DNA of 64,000 nucleotides from Fimbriimonadales bacterium (lineage in GTDB: Bacteria > Armatimonadota > Fimbriimonadia > Fimbriimonadales > ATM1), in assembly GCA_041744215.1 (NCBI GenBank), contig JBGTLG010000036.1:1-64000 (forward strand). The letters run 5' to 3'. Both the position numbers and the translations under genes were made by a program. Shown here piece after piece: positions 41,152-51,172 of the stretch. Below the pieces are notes generated by a model. That model had not been told where the DNA came from, searched no databases, and was given only the letters and a program-made list of their open reading frames with translations. Position 1 is the first letter of the stretch. Each line of letters opens with the position of its first letter.

Positions 41152-41179
41152 GCCTGGCCGCCCGTCTGGGCGGCCAGGT
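41152..41179 (+). terminator. GC-rich hairpin after the barrel gene (no U tract)
   Basis: CCTGGCCGCCC-GTCT-GGGCGGCCAGG. Confidence 0.6.
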
Positions 41180-41212
41180 GAACTTCATTGGCCCCATGGC
41201 GTAGAACGGAAT

Positions 41213-41797
41213 GTGAAAGGTTTAGTTGCCGCTTTGGTGTTGATTGCGGGTCTGAGCTTGGCGCTGGCCCAACGCGTGGCTGGAGGCCCGAAACCTGGGG
41301 AGGACGCGATTGACTTTTCTTTGAAGATCGTCGGCGAGGACAAGAGATTTAAGCTCAGGGATAACTACGGGAAGCGGCCGACGATTCTCATTTTTGGCAG
41401 CTACACCTGACCGCCGTTTCGCTCGCAGGTCGGCGAGCTCGAAAAGCTGTATCAGGAGTACAAGCAGAATGCGGACTTCTGGATCGTTTACATTCGCGAA
41501 GCGCATCCCTCAGACGGCTGGCAAGTCGCGCAAAACGAGCGACAGGGCGTCGTGATAACCGATCCCAAGACCGAAGCCGAACGGGAGGCGATTGCGGGCC
41601 GCTGCGTCCGCGAGTTAGGATTGACGATTCCTGCGGTCATCGACGGTATGGAAAACAAGATCGGGAACGCCTATGCCGCATGGCCGGATAGGATTTACAT
41701 CGTTGGTGTCGACGGAAAGATAGCGTATCAGGGCGAGCCGGGACCGAGGGGGTTTAAGCCCTCGGAGGCGAAAGCGGCGTTGCTGAAGATTCTTTGA
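41213..41797 (+). CDS. Exported iodothyronine-deiodinase-like selenoprotein (TGA 41408-41410 read as Sec), 194 aa
   Basis: Single frame across the TGA: RPTILIFGSYT-U-PPF, VYIREAHPSDGW, D.M.N....YAAWPDRIY, GPRGF; signal peptide. Confidence 0.92.
41411..41443 (+). promoter_or_regulatory. Bacterial SECIS-like element
   Basis: GCTCGC-AGGTCG-GCGAGC hairpin starting 11 nt after the TGA; GCAGGUC apex as in the E. coli fdhF SECIS. Confidence 0.85.
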
Positions 41798-41812
41798 AGT
41801 ATTCTGCAGCGC

Positions 41813-43453
41813 ATGTCCACAGAGCGGCTTCATGCACTGTTTTCGTCCGACTGGGAATGGCGCATGAAGGAGTATCCCGAGCGCGCCTCCTTTTACGGCG
41901 ATAAACGGTATGCCGATCGCATTACGGATCAAAGCATCGAAGCGATCGAGCGACGGTACGACGATTTGGCTGCACGGCTTGCCGAAGTCGAAGCGATTGC
42001 CGACGAACAACTGTCAGAAGGAGATCGCCTCAATCGCGCGATCTTCGAACGCATGCTCCGCGACGAAGTGGAAGGTCGAGAGTTCCGCGACTATCTCCTA
42101 CCGATTCAAGCGCGATCCGGCCCTCAATTCTATGGCGACATCGCGCGAAACATCTCTTTCAACTCGGACGAGGACTACGAAGCGTGGCTTTCGCGAATGG
42201 CGCAGTTCCCGAAAATGATCGATCGAGTAATCGAGGTTCTTCGTGAAGGGGTCGCCAGCGGGATCGTACATCCGAAGGTTGTTATGCAACGCGTTCCTGC
42301 GCAACTCGAGAAGCAACTAACGGGCAACCCAGCGGATTCTTCCTTCTATGCATCGTTCGCATCAAATCGAAAGTTCGCGGATCGCGGAATGGAATCCATT
42401 CGATCTCATATCATCCCTGCCTTTGGAAAGCTGAGAGACTTCTTCGTTGCTGAGTATCTGCCAAACTGCTTAGGCGATGTGGGCGTTTGGCAGCTACCGC
42501 AAGGCGCGGAGCGTTACGCTTACGCCATTCGCGAACAAACGACGACCAGCCTCTCAGCGAAAGAGATACATGACATCGGTTTGCAGCAAGTGCAACTTCT
42601 CCGTGAGAGGATGGAACGCTGTAAAGAGCGCGCCGGGTTCAACGGAACCCTGGACGAGTTCTTTCGCTTCCTTCGCACCGATCCTCGCTTCTTCTTTTCA
42701 ACTGGCGGAGAGTTGCTTTCAGCCTATCGCGCGATGGCGAAAGAGATTGACTTGCAGCTCGTCAAAGTCTTCTCGAAACTCCCTCGCACACCTTATGGCG
42801 TCACGCCGATTCCAATGGATTCTGCCCCCGACACGACGACCGCGTATTACATGCCACCCGCTGCAGACGGATCGCGCGCAGGCCAGCACTTCGTAAATCT
42901 CTACAAGCCGGAAACGCGACCGAAGTGGGAAATGATGACGCTCTCGCTTCACGAAGCGGTGCCTGGCCATCACCTTCAGATCGCTTACGCGATGGAACTT
43001 GGTGAGATGTCCGAGTTTCGCAAGCACGGACACTTCACGGGATACATAGAAGGGTGGGCGATGCACGCTGAAACTCTTGGATACGATATGGGGTTCTTCG
43101 AAGATCCCTATTACGAGTTCGGACACCTAACCTACATGATGTGGCGCGCCGTCCGTTTAGTTGTGGACACGGGAATTCACGCATTCCGCTGGAAACGCGA
43201 ACAAGCTATCGAATACTTCATGCAGAATGCGGCGAAACAAGAGCACGACGTAATCAATGAAATTGATCGCTACATCGTCTGGCCAGGGCAAGCGCTCGCA
43301 TACATGATCGGTTACCTGAAGGTGAACGAATTGAAAGAACGTGCGCTGTCATCGGGGCAGACGCTTAAGCAGTTCCACGAAGCAATACTCGACTTGGGGC
43401 CGCTGCCTCTAGATGTTTTGGACACGGAGTTAGCGAAGTTTGCTAAGCAATAA
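41813..43453 (+). CDS. DUF885 family protein (putative metallopeptidase)
   Basis: HEAVPGHHLQ, EGWA..AE, RAVRLVVDTGIH, PGQALAY. Confidence 0.93.
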   Translation: MSTERLHALFSSDWEWRMKEYPERASFYGDKRYADRITDQSIEAIERRYDDLAARLAEVEAIADEQLSEGDRLNRAIFERMLRDEVEGREFRDYLLPIQARSGPQFYGDIARNISFNSDEDYEAWLSRMAQFPKMIDRVIEVLREGVASGIVHPKVVMQRVPAQLEKQLTGNPADSSFYASFASNRKFADRGMESIRSHIIPAFGKLRDFFVAEYLPNCLGDVGVWQLPQGAERYAYAIREQTTTSLSAKEIHDIGLQQVQLLRERMERCKERAGFNGTLDEFFRFLRTDPRFFFSTGGELLSAYRAMAKEIDLQLVKVFSKLPRTPYGVTPIPMDSAPDTTTAYYMPPAADGSRAGQHFVNLYKPETRPKWEMMTLSLHEAVPGHHLQIAYAMELGEMSEFRKHGHFTGYIEGWAMHAETLGYDMGFFEDPYYEFGHLTYMMWRAVRLVVDTGIHAFRWKREQAIEYFMQNAAKQEHDVINEIDRYIVWPGQALAYMIGYLKVNELKERALSSGQTLKQFHEAILDLGPLPLDVLDTELAKFAKQ

Positions 43454-44771
43454 CCCGAGTTAGCGGCTCCGGCGCCATCCTGCGATACTCCGGCCCATCA
43501 ACGATCGAATGACCGTGACGAATGAAGTATTCGAACTCTTCGGGAAACACCTTCAGCGCTCCCGCAACTGGCCACGCAGCAGCGTCCCCCAAACCGCAGA
43601 AAGAACGCCCGTCGATCTGTGAGCAGACCTCCTTCAACAACTCGATGTCCTCCATGCGCCCGCCGCCTTTTCGAATTCGATCGAGGACCTGCTCCATCCA
43701 CGTTGTTCCTTCGCGACACGGTGTGCATTTCCCACATGATTCGCGCGCATAAAAGAGAGACGTCCGCCAGATAAACGTAACAATGCACGTGTGCTCGTTG
43801 AGAAACATGCATCCACCAGATCCCACCATGCTCCCCGCATCGAACATCTCTTCGTACCCGATGACTGCGCTCATCGTCTGCTCTGCGTTCAGAATTGGAA
43901 CGGATGATCCTCCCGGGACGCAAGCCTTGAGCGCGCCACCCTTCATCCCTCCCGCTAACTCCAAGAGTTCAGCCAACGTCGTTCCAAACTCGACTTCATA
44001 GTTGGCGGGCTTGTTGACATGACCAGAGACGCTGAAGATCTTCGTTCCTCGAGAATTCTTCGTGGACGCGCCAAGCGTCGCATACCACTCCCCGCCGTTC
44101 ACGAGGATGTGCGGAGCGCACGCATAAGTTTCTACGTTGTTGATCACCGTTGGGCAATCCCACAACCCCGCGACGGTCGGTAACGGCGCGTGAGGAAACT
44201 TCAATCGGGGCATTCCGCGCTCGCCCATCAAACTGCTCATGAGCGCACTCTCTTCGCCGCATTCATAGGAGCCAGCGCCGAGATGAACATACATATCGAA
44301 ATCCCATCCGGTGCCCTGAATGTTCTTCCCCAAAAACCCCGCAGCGTAGGCTTCGTCGATCGCCTGCTTGACTGCCCTCGCACAATCGACAAACTCCCCG
44401 CGAATGTATACATACCCAACGTCGCCCTGGGTGGCCCATCCTGCAATCATCATCCCCTCGATCATCAAGTGGGGAGTGTTCTCCATCAACTCCTTGTCCT
44501 TAAACGTGCCGGGCTCACCCTCGTCTGCGTTACAAAGTATGTAATGTGGCTTGGTCTTTTCCTTCTCGATTCCGTTCCACTTGATCCACGTAGGAAAGCC
44601 CGCGCCGCCGCGCCCGCGAAGGCCACTCGCTTTGATCTCGTCGATGACGGCCTGTCGGTCCATACCCAGAGCCTTTTTGAGGCCAGCGTAGCCACCTTTG
44701 GACATATAGCCTTGAATCGTTCGGTAGCTGGGGTCGCCGGAGTGTTTCAGGAGGAGTCGGGTTTCGGTCAT
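43443..44771 (-). CDS. nuoF: NADH:quinone oxidoreductase subunit F
   Basis: GLRGRGGAGFP, NADEGEPGTFKD, CGEE.AL, ESCGKCTPCREG. Confidence 0.96.
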   Translation of the reverse strand: MTETRLLLKHSGDPSYRTIQGYMSKGGYAGLKKALGMDRQAVIDEIKASGLRGRGGAGFPTWIKWNGIEKEKTKPHYILCNADEGEPGTFKDKELMENTPHLMIEGMMIAGWATQGDVGYVYIRGEFVDCARAVKQAIDEAYAAGFLGKNIQGTGWDFDMYVHLGAGSYECGEESALMSSLMGERGMPRLKFPHAPLPTVAGLWDCPTVINNVETYACAPHILVNGGEWYATLGASTKNSRGTKIFSVSGHVNKPANYEVEFGTTLAELLELAGGMKGGALKACVPGGSSVPILNAEQTMSAVIGYEEMFDAGSMVGSGGCMFLNEHTCIVTFIWRTSLFYARESCGKCTPCREGTTWMEQVLDRIRKGGGRMEDIELLKEVCSQIDGRSFCGLGDAAAWPVAGALKVFPEEFEYFIRHGHSIVDGPEYRRMAPEPLTRVIA

Positions 44772-44799
44772 CGCTTCGGCTATTATACGGAAGATCGAA

Positions 44800-45309
44800 A
44801 TGTCTCGTGTTTGCCCCGACTGCCGGATCGAGTTGCAGGTGATCGAACATCAGAGAATTCATCTCGACGCGTGTCCCCAATGCGCCGGAATCTGGTTCGA
44901 CGACTCGGAACTGCGGAATGTGCAAGATTCGTTGACTGAGCTCGATCGGCGTGTGCAACCCGAGAGTTATCAGCGGACAGCTGGGCCATACCGCTTATGT
45001 CCGGAATGCGACTCTCCCTTAGCCAGATACCGCTACCTCTACACTTCGAATGTCGAACTGGACGGCTGCGACCGCTGTGGCGGATGTTGGGTTGAGAATG
45101 GCGAGCTTAATGCGATGCATGAGTTCCTGACGCACGAGCGAAGTCCTCCGTCAACACCCGAAGAGATGCAAAAGCTTCTCTTAGGCGTACTCGGAGCACA
45201 AGGCGAAAGGAGCCGTGTGAGGGCAAAAGAAGTGGAAGACGGCGCAAAGGGCTTGGTACGGAGACCATTCTTCCATTGGTGGGTGGGCTATGGCGGACTG
45301 AAGGACTGA
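44800..45309 (+). CDS. Double zinc-ribbon (zf-TFIIB-like) protein
   Basis: Two CPxC...D.CxxC.G.W....EL units. Confidence 0.88.
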   Translation: MSRVCPDCRIELQVIEHQRIHLDACPQCAGIWFDDSELRNVQDSLTELDRRVQPESYQRTAGPYRLCPECDSPLARYRYLYTSNVELDGCDRCGGCWVENGELNAMHEFLTHERSPPSTPEEMQKLLLGVLGAQGERSRVRAKEVEDGAKGLVRRPFFHWWVGYGGLKD

Positions 45310-45355
45310 TTAGGGAGCGAATCGCTCCCAGATATCGTATGCAACTGAAGCGATC

Positions 45356-46063
45356 ATGAATGATATAACTCGAAGAACGCTGTTAGGATCCGCAGCCGTC
45401 GCCGCGGGTGGATTCGCTTTCGCAGGATTGCCACGCATCGAAACCCCGCAAACAGGCAGTTTGGTCCTGCCGTCTGAAGAGCCCATGCCAACGCTCCCTG
45501 ATAAAGTTCGGAGAACAGAATCGGTCGGAATCAGCATGAAGACGCATGAAGCCCACGAAAAACTGTGGCAGGGCTACGCACGCAAGACCAACGAGATCCG
45601 GCAACTTCTGGCGCAGCTTCCCCCCGACGCTGCCAAAGCCAATCAAATCTACAGCGACCTTCGCTCCCTGAAGGTGGACTACTCGTTCGCGTACCAAGGG
45701 CTCCTCAATCACAACATTTACTTCGACACGATCGGTGGCGAAGGTGGCGAACCGAAAGGCCGTATTGGGGAGCTGATACGCGCAGCCTATGGCAGTTTCG
45801 ATGTTTGGGCGGCCGATTGGAAGGCGACCGGCATCGCTGGTCGTGGGTGGGTCTTTCTCGCCTATGATCATTCGACCAAGCGCGTTTTCAACTATCTCGG
45901 AGATGCACAGAACACATTCCCGCTCTGGAATCACACTTGCGTTCTCGCTATGGACGTCTATGAGCACGCTTACTTTATCGACTTCGCAGAGCGCCGAGCA
46001 GCTTACATCGATGCATACATGAAAGTGATCGACTGGGGCGCGGTGAACTCACGCTTGCAGTAG
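45356..46063 (+). CDS. Fe/Mn superoxide dismutase family protein with Tat signal
   Basis: TRRTLL twin-arginine motif; H...GY, NHNIYF, GW.FL, DVYEHAY. Confidence 0.9.
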   Translation: MNDITRRTLLGSAAVAAGGFAFAGLPRIETPQTGSLVLPSEEPMPTLPDKVRRTESVGISMKTHEAHEKLWQGYARKTNEIRQLLAQLPPDAAKANQIYSDLRSLKVDYSFAYQGLLNHNIYFDTIGGEGGEPKGRIGELIRAAYGSFDVWAADWKATGIAGRGWVFLAYDHSTKRVFNYLGDAQNTFPLWNHTCVLAMDVYEHAYFIDFAERRAAYIDAYMKVIDWGAVNSRLQ

Positions 46064-46098
46064 GCGGTAAACTAACTTAGCAACAAAACGAGTTCATG

Positions 46099-46113
46099 CA
46101 CCGTCTTACGGTG
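46099..46113. promoter_or_regulatory. Inverted repeat, candidate TetR operator
   Basis: CACCGT-CTT-ACGGTG just upstream of the TetR gene. Confidence 0.45.
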
Positions 46114-46128
46114 AAGCAGGTTTTTCTT

Positions 46129-46707
46129 ATGACAGCGATACTCGAAGCGCCCGCATCGCAAGAGTTCAGGGAGAAGATTATCGAGGCAGCATCTCGACTC
46201 TTCCTTCGATATGGGTTCCACGCAACAGGAGTCGACACAATCGTCGCCGAAGCCGGCGTTGCGAAAATGACGCTCTACAAGCACTTCAACTCGAAGGAAG
46301 CTCTGATCGTAGAAGTGCTCAACAGGAACAGCGACGCGTGGATGAGTTGGCTCGGAGACAGAGTTGACGCGATCGGCGACACGCCGAGAAGGCGCGCCCT
46401 CGCAGTGTTCGATGCGTTCCAGGAGTGGTTTGCGCAGCCTGACTTTTGTGGCGATATGTTCCAATGCGCCTCGGCAGAGTTCTCGGAGACTGAAAATCCA
46501 GTCCACCTTGCGGCGCGCGCTCACCATGACCGATTCTCCCAGTACCTCATCGATTTGTGCACGGCAGCCGAGTGTCGCAGGCCGGAAACGTCAGGCCGAC
46601 GCCTAGCGATCATAGCCGCCGGTGCGATCGCGACCGCCATCGTAACACGCCGTCCGGAAGTCGCCAGAGAAGCGAGAAAAGTCGCAAAAGCGGTCGTCGA
46701 AGTCTAA
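46129..46707 (+). CDS. TetR family regulator
   Basis: LF...GFHATGVD.I..EAGVAKMTLYKHF.SKE.L. Confidence 0.95.
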   Translation: MTAILEAPASQEFREKIIEAASRLFLRYGFHATGVDTIVAEAGVAKMTLYKHFNSKEALIVEVLNRNSDAWMSWLGDRVDAIGDTPRRRALAVFDAFQEWFAQPDFCGDMFQCASAEFSETENPVHLAARAHHDRFSQYLIDLCTAAECRRPETSGRRLAIIAAGAIATAIVTRRPEVAREARKVAKAVVEV

Positions 46708-46754
46708 TCCCCTCATCCCCAAGAGCGATGCCGCCACCGAAACTTGGAGGTGGC

Positions 46755-47048
46755 ATGAGCCTCTTTGTTGCAGCTATTGCAACTCTGACTCCGATCAGCA
46801 TGATTGGCTTCTTTCTCTCGGTATTCGGTCTGCTCACGGGCGTGATGCAAATCATGGGAGGATTGCGCAAGAGCGGCGCCTCCGAGGCATTTGAGTCGGT
46901 AACGGGTGCCTCGTGTGCATTGATCTTTGGAGCGCCGGTGCTGATAATCATCTGGGTCGTGCTGGGCATAACCCAGCGGAGCAGAATCGACGAAGCTATG
47001 CTCCGCGAGGAATACTCGGGATCAGATTCAGAAGAAGACGTCGAGTAA
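46755..47048 (+). CDS. Small membrane protein with acidic tail
   Basis: GGAGGT SD, hydrophobic segments. Confidence 0.65.
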   Translation: MSLFVAAIATLTPISMIGFFLSVFGLLTGVMQIMGGLRKSGASEAFESVTGASCALIFGAPVLIIIWVVLGITQRSRIDEAMLREEYSGSDSEEDVE

Positions 47049-47336
47049 ACCTCTAGCACCCTAAAGTTTTGCGTTTGAGCGGTGTTCGATTACACTGCTG
47101 TTTCTTCGCTCGCTTCGATGCCCACAACGACGGTTTCGATGAGTTGCAGGGGTGTCGCTTGTCCGGTTAGCGTATCCGCGAGGCTTCAGCCGAAGGCGTA
47201 CACGCCGGGTGTCAGCGGAACGAGAACTTCGTCGGTCGAAGTTTCGAACGAATGAAATCCGCGTGACTTGAAGAACTGCGTTGGACACCAGCGGATGTTC
47301 GCGCCTTAAGCAAGCCAGAGAGGGTTTACTCTCTGT

Positions 47337-48707
47337 GTGATCGAGCGCGTAGCCGATTTCATCGAAGCTAAGAGACTCCTCCAGCCCGGCCAGGCGGTCT
47401 GTGTCGGGTTTTCCGGCGGCGCAGACTCCACCGCTTTGCTCCACCTCCTCAAAGAACTCGGTTACGGTGTTTTCGCCGCTCACATCAACCATCGCCAGCG
47501 GCCGGAAGCCGACGAACACGAAGCGAAGTGCCGCCAAATCGCCGAGAGGTTTGGAGTCGAATGGCTGAGCGCGAAGTACGATGTACCCGCGATTGCTAAG
47601 GATCGCCGCATCGGCATCGAGGAGGCCGGACGCGCCGCGCGCTACGACTTCTTCCGCCGAATCCACTTAGAACGAGGACATGCGACTGCCACCGCGCACA
47701 CCCTTGACGACAGCGTCGAAACGATGTTGCTCAATCTCGCGCGAGGTTCTGGAATGAGAGGGCTCGCAGGCATCCCTGTCCAACGCGACGGCTACATCAT
47801 GCGCCCGATGTTGGAAATCCGTCGATCGGAGACCGTCGACTATTGCGAAAAGATTGGCGTCGAGCCGATCCACGACCCGTCTAACGACGACTCGCGGTTC
47901 GCACGCGTGCGCTTGCGTGCGTTCATGCCAGCATTCGAAAGTCTTCATCCAGGCGCTATTGCAAACGCCACGCGATCAGCAGGCATCTTCGCGGAGGAGG
48001 ACGAGTTTCTCAACGCGCTCGCAGCGAACGCGATGCAGGACTGCGAGATCGATTCCAGAGACCCGCTCCGATTTCTGACCCGGCACCTCGAAGTTCTGCT
48101 CGATTCGCAGAAACTCCGCCACCTGTTCCCGGTCGTCGCGAAGCGCGGGCTGCGGCTGATCGCCGACGTACTGGGCGGCTCTATCTCGTTCGATCAAACT
48201 GAGCTGATTTATCAGGCCGTCCGCTCAGGAGAGAAAGCGGCGGTCACTCTCGAAGGAGGCGAAGTCGTCTTAGAGGTGGGATCCGACGTGGTGGCCATCC
48301 GCAAACTGGAGGAGTCGCCTCGATACCGCCAGCCCCTGTCGGTTCCAGGCGAAACTAATTCCGCGGAGCTCGGGTTTCGGTTCACCGTCGCGCCCACCGA
48401 CTATGCGCCCGACCGACCTCACAACTCCTTCGACGTTGTCATCGACGGGGACGCCGTGAAAGGCGCGCTCTACATCCGTCCTTTCTCGCCAGGAGACAGA
48501 ATCCAGCCTTTGAAATCGACCGGTGAGAAGAAGATCCAAGACCTACTGACCGATAGAAAGGTGGGCGCTCTCGCGAAAGCTCGTCTCCCAATCGTCTGCG
48601 ACATGGTGGGTCCGATCTGGGTTCCGACCATCTGCATTGCTGACAGGGTGAAGGTAACGCCAGGGACCAAACGCCGACTCGGGCTCGAGTTCGGGTCGTC
48701 GGTATAA
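47337..48707 (+). CDS. tilS: tRNA(Ile)-lysidine synthetase
   Basis: SGGADS, R.ARY.F, TAHT.DD..ET, RPML, DPSN, C-terminal domain. Confidence 0.96.
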   Translation: MIERVADFIEAKRLLQPGQAVCVGFSGGADSTALLHLLKELGYGVFAAHINHRQRPEADEHEAKCRQIAERFGVEWLSAKYDVPAIAKDRRIGIEEAGRAARYDFFRRIHLERGHATATAHTLDDSVETMLLNLARGSGMRGLAGIPVQRDGYIMRPMLEIRRSETVDYCEKIGVEPIHDPSNDDSRFARVRLRAFMPAFESLHPGAIANATRSAGIFAEEDEFLNALAANAMQDCEIDSRDPLRFLTRHLEVLLDSQKLRHLFPVVAKRGLRLIADVLGGSISFDQTELIYQAVRSGEKAAVTLEGGEVVLEVGSDVVAIRKLEESPRYRQPLSVPGETNSAELGFRFTVAPTDYAPDRPHNSFDVVIDGDAVKGALYIRPFSPGDRIQPLKSTGEKKIQDLLTDRKVGALAKARLPIVCDMVGPIWVPTICIADRVKVTPGTKRRLGLEFGSSV

Positions 48708-48788
48708 TCCCCGTCCCATTCGCCCGGCGAGGCAACGACTGTTCGGGCTAATTCGTACATTCAAGAGGGCTAACTGCCCGGAGGTTTA

Positions 48789-50723
48789 GTGAACAGAACC
48801 AAGGTGATGATTCTCGTCGTCTTCGTCGTTCTCGCTGGCATCTGGATGCTGTCGACTATGAACGGCGTTGGCTTCGCTTCGGGTCCCGAACAGATCTCGA
48901 TCGCCGAGCTGGAGCGGGACATCGCGGCCGGTAAGGTCGAGAAGGTTCAATGGCAGGACGATCGAATCAACGCCCAATATAAGGCGCAAGGGGTCGCGAA
49001 GTATGCGACCGGCGCGAGGTTTGACGGCAATGCGGGCGTCCGGTTCCAAGAGATCCTCGCAGCCCACAGCGTAGATTTCGAGAAGAAGGCGCCATTCCTC
49101 GGAGAGGGCTTCTGGGGCGTTCTCATCCCAATGCTGCTCCCCATCACGGTCATCCTGATCATCTGGTACCTGATCGCCAGGCAGGCGCAGCAGCAGGGAA
49201 GCCAAGCGATGAGCTTCGGCAGGAGCAAGGCTAAGCGTGTCAGCGAGAACGTTCCTAAGGTGACCTTCGACGACGTTGCAGGGATCGACGAGGCCAAGGC
49301 GGAACTCGCTGAGGTCGTCGACTTTCTAAAAAATACAAAGAAATATGTCGCTCTCGGTGCGAAGATCCCGAAGGGGGTTCTCCTCACCGGCCCTCCAGGT
49401 TGCGGAAAGACCCACCTCGCGCGAGCCGTCGCCGGTGAAGCAGGGGTTCCGTTCTTCCACATCAGTGGCTCCGACTTCGTCGAAATGTTCGTCGGCGTGG
49501 GAGCATCACGGGTTAGGGACCTCTTCGAAACAGCGAAAGCGCACCGACCGAGCCTAATCTTCGTCGATGAAATCGACGCCGTTGGACGCCAGCGGGGCGC
49601 TGGACTCGGCGGCGGACACGACGAGCGCGAGCAGACTCTCAATCAACTCCTCGTTGAGATGGACGGATTTGATCCCAATAGCGGCGTCATCATGATTGCC
49701 GCGACCAACAGGCCCGACGTGCTCGACCCGGCCTTGCTGAGGCCCGGCCGCTTCGACCGACAGGTCGTCGTCGACGCCCCGGACGCCAAGGGCCGCGAGG
49801 AGATCCTCAAGATCCACTCGAAGGGCAAGCCGATGGCAGAGGACGCCAACCTCGCCACCATTGCAAAGCGAACCGTCGGGTTCACAGGCGCAGACCTCGC
49901 CAATGCCCTGAACGAAGCTGCGCTTCTGGCTGCGCGAAGAAACTTCAACATCATCAATATGGCCGAGATCGACGAGGCTCTCGACCGGGTTATCGCCGGA
50001 CCACAGCGCAAGAGCCGAGTCGTGGAACCCAAGGAGCGGGAGATCATCGCGTACCACGAAGCGGGGCACGCAGTCGTGGGCGAGTTGCTAGAGCACACCG
50101 ACCCTGTCCACAAGATCACGATTCTCCCGAGGGGAATGAGCCTGGGGAGCACGTGGCAGCTGCCGGAGACTGACAAGTATCTCGTTTCCAAGAACGAACT
50201 GCTCGACAACATCACCGCACTGCTCGGCGGGCGTGTAGCGGAAGAAATCGTGTTTGGCGAGGTTACAACCGGCGCGAGTAACGACCTCGAGCGGGTGACG
50301 GGCATAGCTCGCAGCATGGTCTGCAAATTCGGGATGAGCGACAAACTCGGAACACTAGCCCTCGGCCGCAGATCGGACAACCCGTTCCTCGGCCGCGATT
50401 ACATGGAGGACAGAAACTACAGCGAGGATGTCGCAAAGATGATCGATGAAGAGGTGCGCGGCATCGTGGACGCCTGTCACCGGCGCTGCAACGAGATTCT
50501 CCTCGCAAACCGAGACAAGCTGGACGCGGTCGTCGCCGTGCTCCTTGAGGCTGAAACGATCGACAGAGAGCAGTTCCTCGCGATCATGAGCGGGGCGGTC
50601 AACCCGACCCTTCCGGAAGACACACCGATCATCGACCCGCCGGGCGGACCGGAAGCCGAGGTCCCCGCAAAGAAGCAGGACGGGTTTGCGCCCAAACTCA
50701 AGCCCGGGACCGCCGAAACTTAG
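48789..50723 (+). CDS. ftsH: ATP-dependent zinc metalloprotease FtsH
   Basis: 2 [31 protein letters not shown]. Confidence 0.98.
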   Translation: MNRTKVMILVVFVVLAGIWMLSTMNGVGFASGPEQISIAELERDIAAGKVEKVQWQDDRINAQYKAQGVAKYATGARFDGNAGVRFQEILAAHSVDFEKKAPFLGEGFWGVLIPMLLPITVILIIWYLIARQAQQQGSQAMSFGRSKAKRVSENVPKVTFDDVAGIDEAKAELAEVVDFLKNTKKYVALGAKIPKGVLLTGPPGCGKTHLARAVAGEAGVPFFHISGSDFVEMFVGVGASRVRDLFETAKAHRPSLIFVDEIDAVGRQRGAGLGGGHDEREQTLNQLLVEMDGFDPNSGVIMIAATNRPDVLDPALLRPGRFDRQVVVDAPDAKGREEILKIHSKGKPMAEDANLATIAKRTVGFTGADLANALNEAALLAARRNFNIINMAEIDEALDRVIAGPQRKSRVVEPKEREIIAYHEAGHAVVGELLEHTDPVHKITILPRGMSLGSTWQLPETDKYLVSKNELLDNITALLGGRVAEEIVFGEVTTGASNDLERVTGIARSMVCKFGMSDKLGTLALGRRSDNPFLGRDYMEDRNYSEDVAKMIDEEVRGIVDACHRRCNEILLANRDKLDAVVAVLLEAETIDREQFLAIMSGAVNPTLPEDTPIIDPPGGPEAEVPAKKQDGFAPKLKPGTAET

Positions 50724-50731
50724 ACGGGGTG

Positions 50732-50760
50732 TTGGCAATTCTCCAAAGCCGTGTTATACT
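50732..50760 (+). promoter_or_regulatory. Sigma70-type promoter
   Basis: TTGGCA-17 nt-TATACT with extended TG. Confidence 0.65.
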
Positions 50761-50791
50761 GCCGTAGTCACCGGACGGTCAGGTCAACACG

Positions 50792-51172
50792 ATGGCCAAT
50801 GTGCAGGAAAGCGGGCAAAGACCAGTGAGTGTCGAAGAGCTATATGAGTCGGGTTTTGCAATGCGTTGCGCCGGCGATTACAGCCAGGCGCGCCAATTGT
50901 TCACCCAGATCATCGACCAGGAGCCAGGACATCTCCTGGCACGTTGGCAGGTCGCCCTCATCGACGGGTTCGAGGGCGAGTTTGAGCAATCACTCGACGG
51001 GCTGAAAGCCTTAGCTGCGGAGGCACCAGCAAACCTTGATATCCGCTACGACTACGCCATGACCCTCATGATGCTCGGCTTCATGGAAGAGTCATGCATG
51101 GAGTTCCGCGCGATCCTTGAGGTCGACCCCGATCACGAAAAGGCGCAGCAGCAGATCATCTATTGCGACTGA
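50792..51172 (+). CDS. TPR protein
   Basis: TPR-like helices, ILEVDPDH..A. Confidence 0.85.
   Translation: MANVQESGQRPVSVEELYESGFAMRCAGDYSQARQLFTQIIDQEPGHLLARWQVALIDGFEGEFEQSLDGLKALAAEAPANLDIRYDYAMTLMMLGFMEESCMEFRAILEVDPDHEKAQQQIIYCD

Noticed and set aside
47061-47666. 201-aa minus ORF with Arg-rich tail
   Set aside because: Mostly antisense to tilS, with composition typical of shadow frames.
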